Shown here piece by piece: positions 62,556 to 64,000 of a stretch of DNA of 64,000 bases. Under the pieces are notes generated by a model that was given only the letters and a program-made list of their open reading frames with translations, was not told where the DNA came from and searched no databases. The stretch lies in IMG/VR virus record IMGVR_UViG_2843291059_000004, positions 32,001 to 96,000 of that record; one strand, written 5' to 3'. Made by a program: the position numbers and the translations under genes. Numbering within the stretch: position 1 is the first letter of the stretch; the number at the start of each line of letters is the position of its first letter. This DNA comes from a virus (Duplodnaviria; Caudoviricetes).

Positions 62556-63545
62556 ATGGCTACAAGAAGTAAACCGCTGAAGTTATGGGATGCTGAGAAG
62601 TTCAAGAACGTGAACCCAGTGTCTTTGAAATACTGGGATAGATATGAGACTGATATGGGCATCCGTGATCTCAGCCCGTCTACTGTTTACAATTATGAAT
62701 CGGATTTCAAGCAGTGGATGATTTATGTTTTGGACAATCAGGGTAATGCCCCTGTAACGGAACTTGAAGAAGAAGATATTGAGGAATTTCTGTTCTATTG
62801 TAAGAAGCACGGAAACAACTCTGCTCGCATGAAACGGCGCATGAGTACGATTTCTGCGCTGTACCGGTATCTTCGCAAAAAGAAAATCATCAAAGAAAAC
62901 CCGATGGAGTTTATTGACCGTCCAACCAAGGATGTGGCTGTTGTGAAGCAGACATATCTTACGCCGGATGAGGTCAAGTTGATGCGAGAGAAGCTGAATG
63001 CGTTGGTTGAATCTGCAACCACAGTTCACATGAAAGATAATGCGATGACGCTGCGGTTATACGCCCTGTTCTCGTTGTCTACGATGGCTCGTGTCAACGC
63101 CGTGCGGAATACGCTCTGGAAGTCTATCGACTATGAGAATCGTATGGTGCATGACGTTCTGGAGAAGGAAGGAAAAATTGTTGATTTGATGTTCAGCAAG
63201 GAAGTTTCTGAGCTTTTAAAAGCGCTGAAGGAATACCGCACTGAGCATGATATTGAGGATGGCGGCTATGTGTTTGTTGGTACAAAAATCAATGGAGCTT
63301 GGATGCCGATTACTTCAAGCACTGCTGGCGACTGGTGTAAGAAGATTGGTGAGATGATCGATGAGCCTACGCTGCACCCGCATGACTTCCGGCATAGTGG
63401 TGCTACCCTGCTGAAGAATGCTGGTATGAGTCTGGAGGACGTCTCTTCCCTGCTCAATCATGCCGGTACAGATGTGACCAATAAGTATTACATCAAGAAG
63501 GATACGACAAAAATTCAGTCTGCAAAGGATCGGTTTGAGATTTGA
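62556..63545 (+). CDS. XerC/D-like tyrosine recombinase within the tail module
   Basis: SAM-like N-domain, STMARV (R), EKEGK, HPHDFRH, LLNH, TNKYY. Confidence 0.9.
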   Translation: MATRSKPLKLWDAEKFKNVNPVSLKYWDRYETDMGIRDLSPSTVYNYESDFKQWMIYVLDNQGNAPVTELEEEDIEEFLFYCKKHGNNSARMKRRMSTISALYRYLRKKKIIKENPMEFIDRPTKDVAVVKQTYLTPDEVKLMREKLNALVESATTVHMKDNAMTLRLYALFSLSTMARVNAVRNTLWKSIDYENRMVHDVLEKEGKIVDLMFSKEVSELLKALKEYRTEHDIEDGGYVFVGTKINGAWMPITSSTAGDWCKKIGEMIDEPTLHPHDFRHSGATLLKNAGMSLEDVSSLLNHAGTDVTNKYYIKKDTTKIQSAKDRFEI

Positions 63546-63555
63546 GGTGGAGTGA

Positions 63556-64000
63556 ATGAAACAGTCATACACAAACTTCGATGACATATTGAGCGATGTG
63601 GCAGATGGTGTGGAACGTATTGTTCGTGATGATGTTGCTCCACAGCTAGAAGCACGTTTGCTTGAAAGTGCAAAACAAAACATCCATCCAAAATACGGGA
63701 TATCAGGTATTACTGATGCCAAAAATATTGTTAGCAATGTTTCTCGTAATGGAAACGTAATTTCACTAATTGTTAAGGATATTGCCAAACCAGAGCCATC
63801 AGTTTTCCTTAATCATAGCACAGATCGTTCTGAGGTTCAGTATGGAATAGATAAGCGAAATGGGCTTAATGACGACCCAAGAGCCGTTAATATTGGATTC
63901 AATGATGAAGAAGACGAGGCTGTTGGTGGAACCATGTTCGCAAATTGGATTGAGCATGGATTGTGGATGGATTTGGAATGGTATTTCAGAAGCGAAGGTG
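63556..64000 (+). CDS. Hypothetical protein, truncated by window edge
   Basis: GAGGTGG RBS, frame MKQSYTNFDDIL.. open to the edge. Confidence 0.6.
   Translation, partial: MKQSYTNFDDILSDVADGVERIVRDDVAPQLEARLLESAKQNIHPKYGISGITDAKNIVSNVSRNGNVISLIVKDIAKPEPSVFLNHSTDRSEVQYGIDKRNGLNDDPRAVNIGFNDEEDEAVGGTMFANWIEHGLWMDLEWYFRSEG

Larger units (their letters stand above)
1..64000. mobile_element. Segment of a large SPbeta-like phage/prophage
   Basis: YonO-like RNAP, terminase/portal/capsid/tail module, integrase-fold repressor, tRNA clusters, many small phage-like ORFs; no host housekeeping operons and no att junction visible. Confidence 0.9.

Noticed and set aside
1-64000. CRISPR array, DGR/retron reverse transcriptase, arbitrium aimR/aimP, stop-codon recoding
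   Set aside because: No regularly spaced repeat-spacer array, no RT motif, no TPR receptor/peptide pair recognised; genes are intact in code 11 and no suppressor tRNA was seen

Overview
The window is a 64-kb piece of a large SPbeta-like temperate phage or prophage of a Bacillota host; codon usage suggests a gut Clostridia/Oscillospiraceae-type host (inference only). Positions 1-33.5 kb are one leftward arm. It carries replication/recombination genes, two DNA methyltransferases, 7 tRNAs, a Pnkp-type RNA repair enzyme, an integrase-fold (MrpR/YopR-like) repressor, an orphan MazF, a DnaD-type initiator, an intact tyrosine recombinase, a BRO antirepressor and a dense run of roughly 60 tiny ORFs. 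A ~2.4-kb non-coding divergence region follows (33.55-36.0 kb). The rightward arm holds a YonO-like single-subunit RNA polymerase, ClpP, PhoH, a second tRNA/ncRNA cluster and the head-tail module. The terminase and major capsid genes are each split by a group I intron. Most notable unexplained structure: (i) about 18 quasi-palindromic TA(A/G)AA-N6-TT(T/C)TA sites, nearly all at stop-codon/RBS junctions of the small-ORF array that surrounds the tyrosine recombinase (candidate integron-like cassette system); (ii) a circularly permuted, multi-TRD C5 methyltransferase with a CTG start and a nested out-of-frame gene; (iii) a 9-copy 21-bp operator-like box; (iv) several repeated, covarying RNA motifs and tRNA-like RNAs; (v) a terminase intron that can only splice in frame with a non-canonical splice site. 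All coordinates and motifs were read by eye; no searches were run.
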